Below, in pieces: positions 36,482-45,775 of a stretch of 64,000 bases of DNA. Source of the stretch: Marispirochaeta sp. (lineage in GTDB: Bacteria > Spirochaetota > Spirochaetia > JC444 > Marispirochaetaceae); the NCBI GenBank assembly GCA_963667435.1, contig OY763414.1:2175773-2239772 (forward strand). Direction: 5' to 3'. The stretch's first letter is position 1; the number at the start of each line of letters is the position of its first letter. A program made the translations under genes and the position numbers. A model generated the notes under the pieces. The model did not search any database, was not told the DNA's origin, and saw only the letters and a program-made list of their open reading frames with translations.

Positions 36482-37605
36482 ACCACCGGGGCCGTATTCC
36501 CGCCCTTGCCACTGCCCTGCTTATTCTACTATTTCTCCAGGGATTGACCTTCGCAGACAGTACGACCACCGTCGAACTGACCAACCTCGCCGGGATTTCC
36601 CGGGGAGAAAATGATATTCCTGCAGTAAATGCCGCCTCCACGGCGGATGTAACCTTTCGCTCTGGCGGCAACAGTAACGTGAAATCTCAACTGAGCCTTG
36701 AGGCGGGAATAGCAGATTCTGCTCTGATTGATATTTCCAGAGCTTTCATAAAGGCCCGTTTCCCCTTGTTCCGGCTTACCCTGGGAAAAACACGGCTGAC
36801 ATGGGGCGATGGCTTTATGTTCAACGCCGGCGATGTCCTCTTTGACAGCCTCTCTGCCACTGTAGATCTGACAGATGATGAAATACGTACCGATGGCTCC
36901 TGGCTCGCTTCAGTGTATCTGCCCCTGGGACGCTTCAGCTTTCTGGAGACGGTTGTTCTTCCTCCGGAATTTGATCCTCTTGAATATCTGATTGACAGCC
37001 GGATTGCCACCGATAACGGAGATCCTCAGCCGGAGCTGCCCGGAGGATACCGGACATCAGGAGGCGCACGGCTTGTACTCCGGCCAGGGGGAATAAAGAC
37101 CGAAGCGGGATACCTCTATTCCGGAAGATCAGAATCCCATAAACCATATATCAGCATGCAGGGGAACCTGATTGTGGACTGGAACCTGTCAGCATCATCA
37201 AGCCTGGATATTCATGAATCAGGAACAGATGCAGATGAAAATCTCGCGGTAAGTTTCGGCCTTTTTCACAGCCTGAAAACCTCTCCCTCAGCCACCCTCG
37301 GTCTAAGACTTGAAGGTGCGGGTCATCCTCTTGCGGAAAACCGAAATATCTATATTTATCCGGAACTCAGCTTCTCCCCTGATGACCGGCGCACCCTTTT
37401 TCTCCGCAGCATATTTTCCCTGGACGACATATCTTCCGTACATATTGCCGGAGCATCATGGAATATTTATCAGGGATTCAAAATCCTCGGCTATGCCGGG
37501 TTTTGTACCGGAGAAGAAGGAGACACTTTCGCATGGGACAGCACTTTTTCAACATCACCAGTACCTGGATATTTTGTTAGTGCAGGCTGTTCTTTTGTTT
37601 TTTAA
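36475..37605 (+). CDS. Predicted outer-membrane beta-barrel protein.
   Basis: Signal peptide (ALATALLILLFLQGLTFA), alternating amphipathic strands, and a C-terminal aromatic residue (...SFVF). ATG 36475 overlaps the upstream stop. Confidence 0.45.
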   Translation: MVNHRGRIPALATALLILLFLQGLTFADSTTTVELTNLAGISRGENDIPAVNAASTADVTFRSGGNSNVKSQLSLEAGIADSALIDISRAFIKARFPLFRLTLGKTRLTWGDGFMFNAGDVLFDSLSATVDLTDDEIRTDGSWLASVYLPLGRFSFLETVVLPPEFDPLEYLIDSRIATDNGDPQPELPGGYRTSGGARLVLRPGGIKTEAGYLYSGRSESHKPYISMQGNLIVDWNLSASSSLDIHESGTDADENLAVSFGLFHSLKTSPSATLGLRLEGAGHPLAENRNIYIYPELSFSPDDRRTLFLRSIFSLDDISSVHIAGASWNIYQGFKILGYAGFCTGEEGDTFAWDSTFSTSPVPGYFVSAGCSFVF

Positions 37606-37624
37606 ACGTCTGTCGAAGCAGGTT

Positions 37625-39232
37625 TTACTGAGGCTTTGAAAAGAACTGCAGCAGCTGAATAAAGTAGTAGATTTTCTTGTAAACCTCAGCAAGAATTGCA
37701 CGGATCTGGTTATCAGAAGATATCTCTATCTCTTTCCAGTTAAGCAGCAGCTCCCGGGGTTTGTTATCATAATCCTCAATAACAATTTTCAGGGTCTTAC
37801 CTACAGCAATCAGATTCTGCGCAGAAACCTGTACCATTCGCATGGCATCATCATTAATCTTTTTCAGCTGTTCCCGAAGGGCTTTCATGGCATTCGGATC
37901 ACGGTCTGCCCGTTTAATTGCCGACCTCAAGGTATTCCCCCGCTCACCTTCATCCCCGAGGGAATCATCAAAGACAACCAGCTCCTCGGAAATAGTCATA
38001 ACCGAATGAAAAGCATCGGAAAGCTGCTGTGACATCAGGTTTGTTGACCATTTTCCCCGGATAATCAGAAGATCCACCACTTCCCGGATGTCTTTCTTGA
38101 AATAATCCAGGAGAAATGCCTTCAGATAGTTTAGAGCAGCAACATGCATGTACCCGGCCATCATCTTCTTGGAGAACATCATGTTGTTCTTTTCCGTATA
38201 ATTTTTCATCCGGGATACAGCAACAGTTCCAAAAACCAGTTTGCAGAGCTTCTCGATTTTACCGGTGCGCCGTTCCTTGAGAATCTTCTGCAGGGTAAGT
38301 TCAGTATTGGTCTTGATCTTGGATAAGTATTCTTCCACGATTTGTTCGTTGGGATAGCTTACCTTGTAGTTATAATAGGGATTTTTGTCGATATGCTGGA
38401 CCATCAGTTCCAAAACCGAACTTTTTCTGATTTCGGAAATATCCCTGAGAATCTTTTTCCACTTTCCCGGATCAATAACCGCAGTTTCCCGGTATACCTG
38501 TAAAATAGTAAAAAGCTCCTGCCATGGCTGATTCTTCTCCAGCATTCCGGCAACCTCAAGAAAATCCTTGAGATCATCGGAGATATACTCTCCGTTTATC
38601 TGCTCAAACCTGGGATTGTAGACAAAATCGTTTTCGGGAAGCCCGGAATCGAATTTTTTCAACAGAAAATAGTAGTCATAATGAATAAACTGCAGAAAAA
38701 TTGTCACCAGATTATAGGTAAGATTTATCTGCTTTACCTTCTCCGCATTAAACGCGGCATAGAGAGATACCATGAGTTCCTTTAGCTTCTGAACCACTGC
38801 CTTGTGATCCATATTTTCAGCCAGATTGCGGATCTGGTCCTCGGCCATGGCATCTTTAATTGCCAACTGGTCTTCAGTAAGGCTCTCTTCAATAATAATC
38901 TGCTTGAGAACATTCGATGATGCGGCATGGTCCAGCATAATTCTGGCAGGGCCGACGGATGAGTAAATATCATGAAAGAATTTGGCGAGCCCGGGCAGGG
39001 CCTCACCGGTTTTGGGTTTATAGAATTTGTATTTCTGGCGGCTCAGCTGCTTACCGATATCTTTCAACAGCCGGCGCTTCTCTTTTTCAGGATCATCGCC
39101 GGAAAATATGAATGAAAAAATACGCTGAAAGAAATTCGGCGGTCCTTCATCCTCCGATACTTTCTGCTTATCCGGAGTCAGATCTTCATCCTTCATAGCC
39201 TGTATGGTATGGTAAAAGCAGGACGCTGTCAA
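37625..39232 (-). CDS. Uncharacterized 535-aa cytoplasmic, helical protein.
   Basis: Long ORF with no recognizable motif. A likely alternative start is MKDEDL at 39196. Confidence 0.5.
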   Translation of the reverse strand: MTASCFYHTIQAMKDEDLTPDKQKVSEDEGPPNFFQRIFSFIFSGDDPEKEKRRLLKDIGKQLSRQKYKFYKPKTGEALPGLAKFFHDIYSSVGPARIMLDHAASSNVLKQIIIEESLTEDQLAIKDAMAEDQIRNLAENMDHKAVVQKLKELMVSLYAAFNAEKVKQINLTYNLVTIFLQFIHYDYYFLLKKFDSGLPENDFVYNPRFEQINGEYISDDLKDFLEVAGMLEKNQPWQELFTILQVYRETAVIDPGKWKKILRDISEIRKSSVLELMVQHIDKNPYYNYKVSYPNEQIVEEYLSKIKTNTELTLQKILKERRTGKIEKLCKLVFGTVAVSRMKNYTEKNNMMFSKKMMAGYMHVAALNYLKAFLLDYFKKDIREVVDLLIIRGKWSTNLMSQQLSDAFHSVMTISEELVVFDDSLGDEGERGNTLRSAIKRADRDPNAMKALREQLKKINDDAMRMVQVSAQNLIAVGKTLKIVIEDYDNKPRELLLNWKEIEISSDNQIRAILAEVYKKIYYFIQLLQFFSKPQ

Positions 39233-39262
39233 TCAAACATAATTTTCGGACAGAATGAGTAA

Positions 39263-40294
39263 ATGTCCAGACTGGATAGAGTTATCAATACAACGACACA
39301 ACAGATAGAACAAGGTATGCGCACTGCGGGCATTTGCAGCCCGAAGATGCTTATTCTCAGTGGCGGGCTGCCGGAAGCCTCAAGAAAAAGCCCTGTTCCG
39401 ATTTTCACAGGTCTTGTACCCCTTCCCGATCCGTCATCTGCTCTGCCGGAGTACGATGCAGGCGTTCTGGCCCCATTTGCAGCAGTGCACTATTACAGGA
39501 ATGCAAGCAGGGCTCTGCAGCAAATGATAAAGAAACTGTGTGCGGACAACAAAAGGAAAAAACAGGACTTCCGTATTTTCAGCAACTCACGGCTGCCGGA
39601 ACGTTCCATAGCGGCAGCTGCCGGAACAGGCTGGGTCGGAAGAAACGGTCTTCTCATGAACCGCACCTACGGCTCCTCCTTCATTATCGCAGGAATACTC
39701 CTTACAGGAGAGACCGCTGCAGCTGTGATCCGGGAAAACAGCGGTACATCCCATATAGAATCCCTCACACCACCGGAAAATCTCTACGCAGAATGCGGAA
39801 GCTGCCGGGAATGTATAAAACAGTGTCCCTCCGGTGCTATTCGGCCGGAAGGCGGTGTGAACACCCGACGCTGCCTGCAGGCTCTCGCCACCAGTCCGGA
39901 GCTCCTTCCTCGCTTCGCCGCGGAAAAATGGGGCAGACGCATTTACGGCTGCAGTGTTTGTCAGCAGGTTTGCCCGGTTAACCGGGGCAGGGCATACACG
40001 GCTCAGCCACTTTCCGAAGAGCAGGAATTCCCCAGCCTGAAAAACCTCCTGCAGCAGCTTACTCCATCACCCGGAAAAACATGGGAAAGCATTCACCTGA
40101 AAAATATCTTCCCCGGTACAGCCCTTGAAGCAGGATGGATCCCCAGGGATACTATTGTTCGTAATATACTTACTGTAGCAGGCAGCAGCGGAAACAGGGG
40201 GTATCTGCCCCTGCTAAAAAAAATACAAAAGCAGAGTCTGCCGGCAATTGTGGCAGAAACTCTCAAGCAAACCATCATCCTGCTTGAAGGGTAA
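39263..40294 (+). CDS. queG: Epoxyqueuosine reductase QueG-like 4Fe-4S protein.
   Basis: Two Fe-S cysteine clusters: CGSCRECIKQCPSGAI and CSVCQQVCPVN. The N-terminal region is DUF1730-like. Confidence 0.55.
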   Translation: MSRLDRVINTTTQQIEQGMRTAGICSPKMLILSGGLPEASRKSPVPIFTGLVPLPDPSSALPEYDAGVLAPFAAVHYYRNASRALQQMIKKLCADNKRKKQDFRIFSNSRLPERSIAAAAGTGWVGRNGLLMNRTYGSSFIIAGILLTGETAAAVIRENSGTSHIESLTPPENLYAECGSCRECIKQCPSGAIRPEGGVNTRRCLQALATSPELLPRFAAEKWGRRIYGCSVCQQVCPVNRGRAYTAQPLSEEQEFPSLKNLLQQLTPSPGKTWESIHLKNIFPGTALEAGWIPRDTIVRNILTVAGSSGNRGYLPLLKKIQKQSLPAIVAETLKQTIILLEG

Positions 40295-40330
40295 AATTAG
40301 AATAAATATGCACGTTTGACCGTATATTTA

Positions 40331-40359
40331 TTGACAAAACAGCCATTCCTGACTATTCT
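40331..40359 (+). promoter_or_regulatory. Sigma70-like promoter (TTGACA-17-TATTCT) placed so that transcription starts at or 1 nt before ATG 40368; a leaderless mRNA candidate.
   Basis: The -10 ends 8 nt before the ATG and no SD is possible. Confidence 0.4.
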
Positions 40360-40367
40360 ACCCCGCG

Positions 40368-41657
40368 ATGAACCCAATAGCACAGGAACTCAATGCGATC
40401 CTTCAGGGATCCGTATGTCCCGACCTTCTGTCGGATTTTGGTAAACGTTTCTATTTCCCCAAGGGGATAGCACTCCAGTCCACCGAAGCATCCCAGCATG
40501 CCACACGCTTCAATGCAACAATCGGCATGGCCTGCGCTGACGGCCACCCCATTGAACTTGCAGGAATTAAGCATCATCTTCCGGAACTCACCCCGACGGA
40601 AGCTGTCAGCTACGCTCCATCACCGGGACTGCCTGCACTTCGAAAAAAGTGGCAGAGCGAAATCTACCGCAAAAACCCCTCCCTGAAATCAGCGGAGCTC
40701 AGCCTTCCGGTTGTGGTTCCGGGACTCACTGCGGGGATCACCCAGATCTCAGACCTGTTTGTGGACAAAGATGACACCATCGTTATTCCGGACATGTTCT
40801 GGGGAAACTACCGGCTTATATTCGAAGTTCGCAGCGGCGGTAAAATTATCACATTCCCCTTCTACTCAGCTGACGGGAACCTCAATGTGGAAGGCTTTGT
40901 TGAAACCATGCGGAGATCCGCCAGAAACGGCAAGATTATGTTGGTTGTCAATTTCCCCAACAACCCCACTGGGTACTCTCCGACTAAATCCGAAGCAGAG
41001 GCACTGGCAGCGGCAATCAAGGGCCTGGCAGAAGAGGGCTTCAAAATCCTCACCGTTACTGACGATGCCTATTTTGGTCTCTTCTTTGAGGAAGATACCT
41101 TCAGAGAGTCACTTTTTGCGCTGTTAGCAGACAGTCACCCCAATATCCTGGCGGTTAAGGTTGACGGCCCTACAAAAGAGGACTACCTCTGGGGTTTCCG
41201 TGTTGGTTTTGTCACCTTTGGTTCAAAATCCATGAACACCGCCCAGTACGAGGCTTTGAACAAGAAACTCGGCGGCGCAATCCGCGGATCCATATCCAAC
41301 TCATCCAGACCGGCTCAGAGTATTCTGCTTCACAGCCTCGGCTTGCCGGAGCACGAGCAGGAAAAGGCCGAGTGGGTAAAGGTTCTGAAACAGCGGTACC
41401 TGAAAGTCAGGGAAATTCTGGCAAACAGGACAACCGGCAGGGAGCTCTCGCCGCTGCCCTTTAATTCAGGCTATTTTATGGCATTTGAATGCGGAAAGGT
41501 GGATGCAGAAGAACTCCGGCTGGAACTGCTTCACAAAGAAGGAATCGGAACAATTTCCATAGGGTCCCTTCTTCGGGTGGCTTTCTCTGCCATCGATATA
41601 GAAGACCTGCAGGCCCTGTATGACACAATATTTGAGGTAGCCGACAGGCTCTCCTGA
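40368..41657 (+). CDS. Class I/II PLP-dependent aminotransferase.
   Basis: NFPNNPTGYSPT (the xNPxNPTG motif) and a downstream region compatible with a PLP-binding lysine. Confidence 0.8.
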   Translation: MNPIAQELNAILQGSVCPDLLSDFGKRFYFPKGIALQSTEASQHATRFNATIGMACADGHPIELAGIKHHLPELTPTEAVSYAPSPGLPALRKKWQSEIYRKNPSLKSAELSLPVVVPGLTAGITQISDLFVDKDDTIVIPDMFWGNYRLIFEVRSGGKIITFPFYSADGNLNVEGFVETMRRSARNGKIMLVVNFPNNPTGYSPTKSEAEALAAAIKGLAEEGFKILTVTDDAYFGLFFEEDTFRESLFALLADSHPNILAVKVDGPTKEDYLWGFRVGFVTFGSKSMNTAQYEALNKKLGGAIRGSISNSSRPAQSILLHSLGLPEHEQEKAEWVKVLKQRYLKVREILANRTTGRELSPLPFNSGYFMAFECGKVDAEELRLELLHKEGIGTISIGSLLRVAFSAIDIEDLQALYDTIFEVADRLS

Positions 41658-41664
41658 TTACAAT

Positions 41665-42636
41665 TCAATTAGCGGCAGGGAACCTGCTTCCCTGCCTTTC
41701 TCCTTTCATCTCCATGAGCCGAACAACCTCATCTGCAAACTGCCCCTTCGGAGGCACCCAAAGAGGTGCGCCCCTGCGATCCGCAGGGGTATCACAGGTC
41801 ATCCTCAGAACTGCTGTATCAGGATGGAGAAGAGGTATTGCCCGGGCAACATACCCGGCATGACGGGCAGGAGAAGGAACGGTGATCTCTCCCCGCAGAT
41901 AGTCCTGAAACATGGGTGACGCCTGGGGGATGTGAAGATTATGAAACTTAATACCCTCAGGCCGCAGACTTGCCACCTGCCTGACACTCTCCATCATATC
42001 CGTTCCGGATTCTCCGGGAAGACCAAAAATCAGATGCACAGCGATCTTAATACCCCGATTTCTCAAAAGCCGGAAGGTTCTAAAAAATGTACTGCTGTCA
42101 TGTCCCCGATTCACTGCTTCCAGGGTGGAATCGTGAACCGTCTGCAGCCCCAGCTCTACCCAGACATCAAAACCCGGGCGCAGATAAGAGGCGAGAAGGT
42201 CAGCCTTTTCACGGTCTATCTCATCCGGACGCGTGGAGACAATCAGTTCACTGAACTCCCCGAGAGTTAGGGTGCTGTCGTAAAGAGCTTTCAGGTCCCC
42301 GAGGCTTCCCATTGTATTTGTATAAGCCTGGAAATAGAGCAGGAATACTTCTGCCTTATATCTTCGTGTCAGAAAGCGGAGTCCCCGTTCCACCTGAAGA
42401 GCCATCTTGGCAGGCAGTTCTGTATCCAGGTAAACCGCTCTTGCACCGGTACTCTCACAGTAGGTACAGCCTTCTCCTCCGCGGCCCCCCTGACGATTGG
42501 GACAGGAAAAGCCTGCATCCACCCCAACCCGGTAAGCCGGTCGGCCGTAGCGCTTTCTGAGATATTCTGAATAGCTGAAGAATGGAAGATCAGACACGAA
42601 TGAGTAACCATACTCCGGCTGCAGCAGCGTTGACAA
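41665..42636 (-). CDS. Radical SAM protein, TIGR01212 (YhcC-like) family.
   Basis: FSCPNRQGGRGGEGCTYC is a non-canonical radical-SAM cysteine motif characteristic of TIGR01212. Length is 323 aa. Confidence 0.65.
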   Translation of the reverse strand: MSTLLQPEYGYSFVSDLPFFSYSEYLRKRYGRPAYRVGVDAGFSCPNRQGGRGGEGCTYCESTGARAVYLDTELPAKMALQVERGLRFLTRRYKAEVFLLYFQAYTNTMGSLGDLKALYDSTLTLGEFSELIVSTRPDEIDREKADLLASYLRPGFDVWVELGLQTVHDSTLEAVNRGHDSSTFFRTFRLLRNRGIKIAVHLIFGLPGESGTDMMESVRQVASLRPEGIKFHNLHIPQASPMFQDYLRGEITVPSPARHAGYVARAIPLLHPDTAVLRMTCDTPADRRGAPLWVPPKGQFADEVVRLMEMKGERQGSRFPAAN

Positions 42637-42664
42637 GAGCAGATCAACTCCTTACTGTGCAAGG

Positions 42665-43906
42665 ATGAAAAACTTCAGCTGCAAAGCCTTTCTCCTTGTA
42701 CTGTCGGTAATTGCCCTGCTTTCAGGGTGTGAACGGTTTTCATCGGAACCGGCTGTACTCTGGACAAACCATGAGGAGTTTACCGCCTATGCGGAGATTT
42801 TTAATACTCTGCAGTCTGAATATAAAATTTCCGTGGTCTATCAGGAAAATCCGGCCCTCGCGATCAGACGTGCAGACTCCGTGCCGGACATTGTTATCGG
42901 GTCCTTCCTGAATGACCGAAAGACCTTTCCATTGTTTCAGCCCCTTGAAAAACTCACCGAACAGGATAAGCTTCAACGGGACAACTTCTATCCCGGGATC
43001 CTTAAACTCGGAACCTTTGAGGAGAAACTAACAGTTATCCCCGTCTCGTTCTCCATTCCTGCTTTTATGTTCCCCGACGGTTATCCGGGCATCGAAAGCT
43101 TTGCCCTCTCCCTTGATGATATCCGGGAAATGGCTTCCAGGTTTTCTGAAGAGGAATCATCCCGCACCGTAATGGCCTACTCTCCCCGATGGAACCTGGA
43201 TGCGGCGTTTACCCATTTAAGGCTTTTTAAAACAGACTTCCAGGAAACCATCACCGGAACCCTTGTCTGGAACAGCGAATCCCTTAACGAAGGGCTGGAT
43301 TACATGCGCAGCTGGGTAACAGAAATAAACGGCGGATGGGATGCGGATACAGAGTTCATCGAAAAATTCATGTACGACCCGCCCTACAAACTGGTCCGTT
43401 CCGGACGTATTCTGTTTGCCTACAGCCAGATAGATGATTATTTCCGCATTCCGTCAGCTATCAGGGAAGGGCTTGATTTTCGATGGCTAAGTCATGAAGA
43501 GAAAATCCCGGTTCAGGAAGATATTCTGTTTGCAGGAATTCCAAAATCGGCAAAACGTATAAACGCAGCCCGGGCCTTTATCAGCTGGCTCTTCAAACCC
43601 GAGACCCAGGCGGAACTTCTGGACGAGAGTCAGTATAAGCGCATGCGGCACTTCGGCTTTGCCGGAGGATTCTCATCACTCCCCCTGGTAAACGAAGTAG
43701 AACTGCCTAAACATTTCCCCGAACTGGTGGGTCATGTGCCGCCCGCAGAATACCTCAGCTACCCTCAGGCCCTGCCTGATATCTGGGAAGCTTTGAAGAA
43801 GGAGGCTATTTTCCCCTGGATCCGCACGAAACTTCAGGCTGAGCCGGAATCAAAGACCCTGGAGGAGAGTATCGAACGCTGGATGAATCAGCAGCCCCAG
43901 CGCTGA
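42665..43906 (+). CDS. Lipoprotein with a periplasmic solute-binding-protein-like fold (orphan extracellular solute-binding protein).
   Basis: Lipobox LLSGC. About 390 aa of mature protein with alpha/beta character. No adjacent permease. Confidence 0.5.
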   Translation: MKNFSCKAFLLVLSVIALLSGCERFSSEPAVLWTNHEEFTAYAEIFNTLQSEYKISVVYQENPALAIRRADSVPDIVIGSFLNDRKTFPLFQPLEKLTEQDKLQRDNFYPGILKLGTFEEKLTVIPVSFSIPAFMFPDGYPGIESFALSLDDIREMASRFSEEESSRTVMAYSPRWNLDAAFTHLRLFKTDFQETITGTLVWNSESLNEGLDYMRSWVTEINGGWDADTEFIEKFMYDPPYKLVRSGRILFAYSQIDDYFRIPSAIREGLDFRWLSHEEKIPVQEDILFAGIPKSAKRINAARAFISWLFKPETQAELLDESQYKRMRHFGFAGGFSSLPLVNEVELPKHFPELVGHVPPAEYLSYPQALPDIWEALKKEAIFPWIRTKLQAEPESKTLEESIERWMNQQPQR

Positions 43907-43908
43907 AG

Positions 43909-44490
43909 TCAGTTCCCCCGGGACAGGGATTTCAGTTTCCTGTAGGTTTCACCGTCTTCACGCCACGTGTAACAGCTGTCCTTGATAAACTTCGCTGTTC
44001 GTGCTGCCCGTTCCATCTTCTTATCCGCCCCGGTGACTTCATCATCCTGTATTGCCCAATATCCCTGAACCAGGGCGGATGCCATAGTACTCAGCAGATG
44101 TACCAGGTGGGTGCAACCGGTGTTCCCCCCGCCGATTCTTCTGACTTCCTTTGAAAAACCACCCTTCACGGAAAGACCCACAACCTCATCAAGGACATGT
44201 CCCACAAACCTGCAGTCATCCCGGGGTATAGTATTCAGGAAAACCTCAATATCCTCTATTACCAGCCCGTCTTTCCTCACCAGCAGATGAATTTCAAGGT
44301 CGTGCAGCGGACCGGCATGTTTGATTTCATCAGTAAAACTGCGTGAATCCTTCAAACGGACATCCAGGAATCTGCCGGTAACAACAAAGAGTCCGGAGTC
44401 AGCGTTGTAAATATGCATATCAATTGTGCGGCTGTGGTACTTATCTCCAGCCATGTCCAGAATTCTTCCCATATCAGCTATATTACACAA
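43909..44490 (-). CDS. DUF2889-like small protein.
   Basis: 193 aa with a conserved GGNTGCTHL motif, recalled as the DUF2889 signature. Confidence 0.4.
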   Translation of the reverse strand: MCNIADMGRILDMAGDKYHSRTIDMHIYNADSGLFVVTGRFLDVRLKDSRSFTDEIKHAGPLHDLEIHLLVRKDGLVIEDIEVFLNTIPRDDCRFVGHVLDEVVGLSVKGGFSKEVRRIGGGNTGCTHLVHLLSTMASALVQGYWAIQDDEVTGADKKMERAARTAKFIKDSCYTWREDGETYRKLKSLSRGN

Positions 44491-44600
44491 ACACCCCGTC
44501 GAACTCTATTACCGGAGGGCTGCATTCAGGTTTTTTCATTGACAGCTGAAATTTTAGGGTCTAACCTAGAAGGCATAAGATAATTTCATTGGAGGCTTCT

Positions 44601-45698
44601 ATGGCTACCGTAGAGCTCAAAAACATCGTAAAAGTATACGATGGTAATGTGCGTGCTGTTGATAACGCGAACATTACAGTAAACGACCAGGAATTCCTGG
44701 TTCTTGTCGGCCCCTCAGGATGTGGAAAAACCACTACTCTCCGTATGATTGCCGGTTTGGAGGATATTACCGAAGGCGAACTATCTATTGACGGGAAAAT
44801 CGTAAATGACGTCCCCCCGAAGGATAGAGACATCGCCATGGTTTTCCAGAACTATGCCCTCTACCCCCATATGTCGGTATATGACAATATGGCTTTCGGC
44901 CTGAAGATCAGAAAATTCCCCAAAGACGAGATTGAAGCCCGGGTAAAGGAAGCAGCCCAGATTCTGGACATTGAAGAGCTGCTCGACAGAAAACCCAAGG
45001 CACTCTCCGGTGGACAGCGCCAGCGCGTGGCAGTAGGCCGAGCTATTGTACGGAAACCCAAGGTTTTCCTTTTCGACGAACCGCTTTCAAACCTGGATGC
45101 CAAACTCCGGGTTCAGATGAGAGCCGAAATATCCGGTCTGCACAGTCGCCTGAAAGCAACAATGGTGTATGTTACCCACGATCAGGTGGAAGCAATGACC
45201 ATGGCAGATAAAATTGTGGTTATGAAAGGGGGACTCATCCAGCAGATTGGCAGCCCGCTTACCCTCTACAACGAACCGGCAAACCGCTTTGTAGCCGGCT
45301 TTATCGGTTCTCCGCCCATGAACTTCTGTAATGTTACAATCCGTGAAGAAGGCGGAAAGCTTATCGCCGATGAAGGCAGTTTTGCGCTTGATATAACCGG
45401 TCGCTACGCAGAAAACCTGAAAGCCTATGTCGGCAGGGACGTAACTTTCGGAATCAGGCCGGAAGATCTCCATTCCGAAGAGAATGCCGGTCCCTCAGTC
45501 ATCCGCGCCAGCGCAGAGGTTATAGAGCCTCTGGGAGCTGAAACCCATCTGTATATAAAAACAGCAAAACACTCCCTGATTGCAAAAGTGCCGCCCACAG
45601 TACATCCCGCTGTTGGAGATGAAGTATTTTTCTCTCCGGACATGAACAAGGCGCTTTTCTTTGATCTGGAGAATGAAAAGACCATAGCATATTCCTGA
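44601..45698 (+). CDS. ABC transporter ATP-binding protein of the MalK/UgpC/MsmX type (carbohydrate importer ATPase with a C-terminal TOBE domain); orphan.
   Basis: Walker A GPSGCGKTT, LSGGQRQRVAVGRAI, LFDEPLSNLDA and the C-terminal regulatory domain. GGAGG RBS sits before ATG 44601. Confidence 0.85.
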   Translation: MATVELKNIVKVYDGNVRAVDNANITVNDQEFLVLVGPSGCGKTTTLRMIAGLEDITEGELSIDGKIVNDVPPKDRDIAMVFQNYALYPHMSVYDNMAFGLKIRKFPKDEIEARVKEAAQILDIEELLDRKPKALSGGQRQRVAVGRAIVRKPKVFLFDEPLSNLDAKLRVQMRAEISGLHSRLKATMVYVTHDQVEAMTMADKIVVMKGGLIQQIGSPLTLYNEPANRFVAGFIGSPPMNFCNVTIREEGGKLIADEGSFALDITGRYAENLKAYVGRDVTFGIRPEDLHSEENAGPSVIRASAEVIEPLGAETHLYIKTAKHSLIAKVPPTVHPAVGDEVFFSPDMNKALFFDLENEKTIAYS

Positions 45699-45718
45699 AA
45701 ACATTCAGCAATGGATTC

Positions 45719-45750
45719 AAACCGGTCATTTCTAATGGCCGGTTTTTTTA
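45719..45750 (+). terminator. Rho-independent terminator.
   Basis: AACCGGTCATT-TCTA-ATGGCCGGTT stem (one mismatch) followed by T7. Confidence 0.6.
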
Positions 45751-45775
45751 TGTTGCAGCTGCTATCAGCTTATCG

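Noticed and set aside
39233-39262. Possible bidirectional promoter in the 30-bp gap between the 535-aa unknown gene and queG.
   Set aside because: It is too short to hold two promoters. More likely one or both annotated starts are too far upstream (alternative ATG at 39196 for the minus gene).
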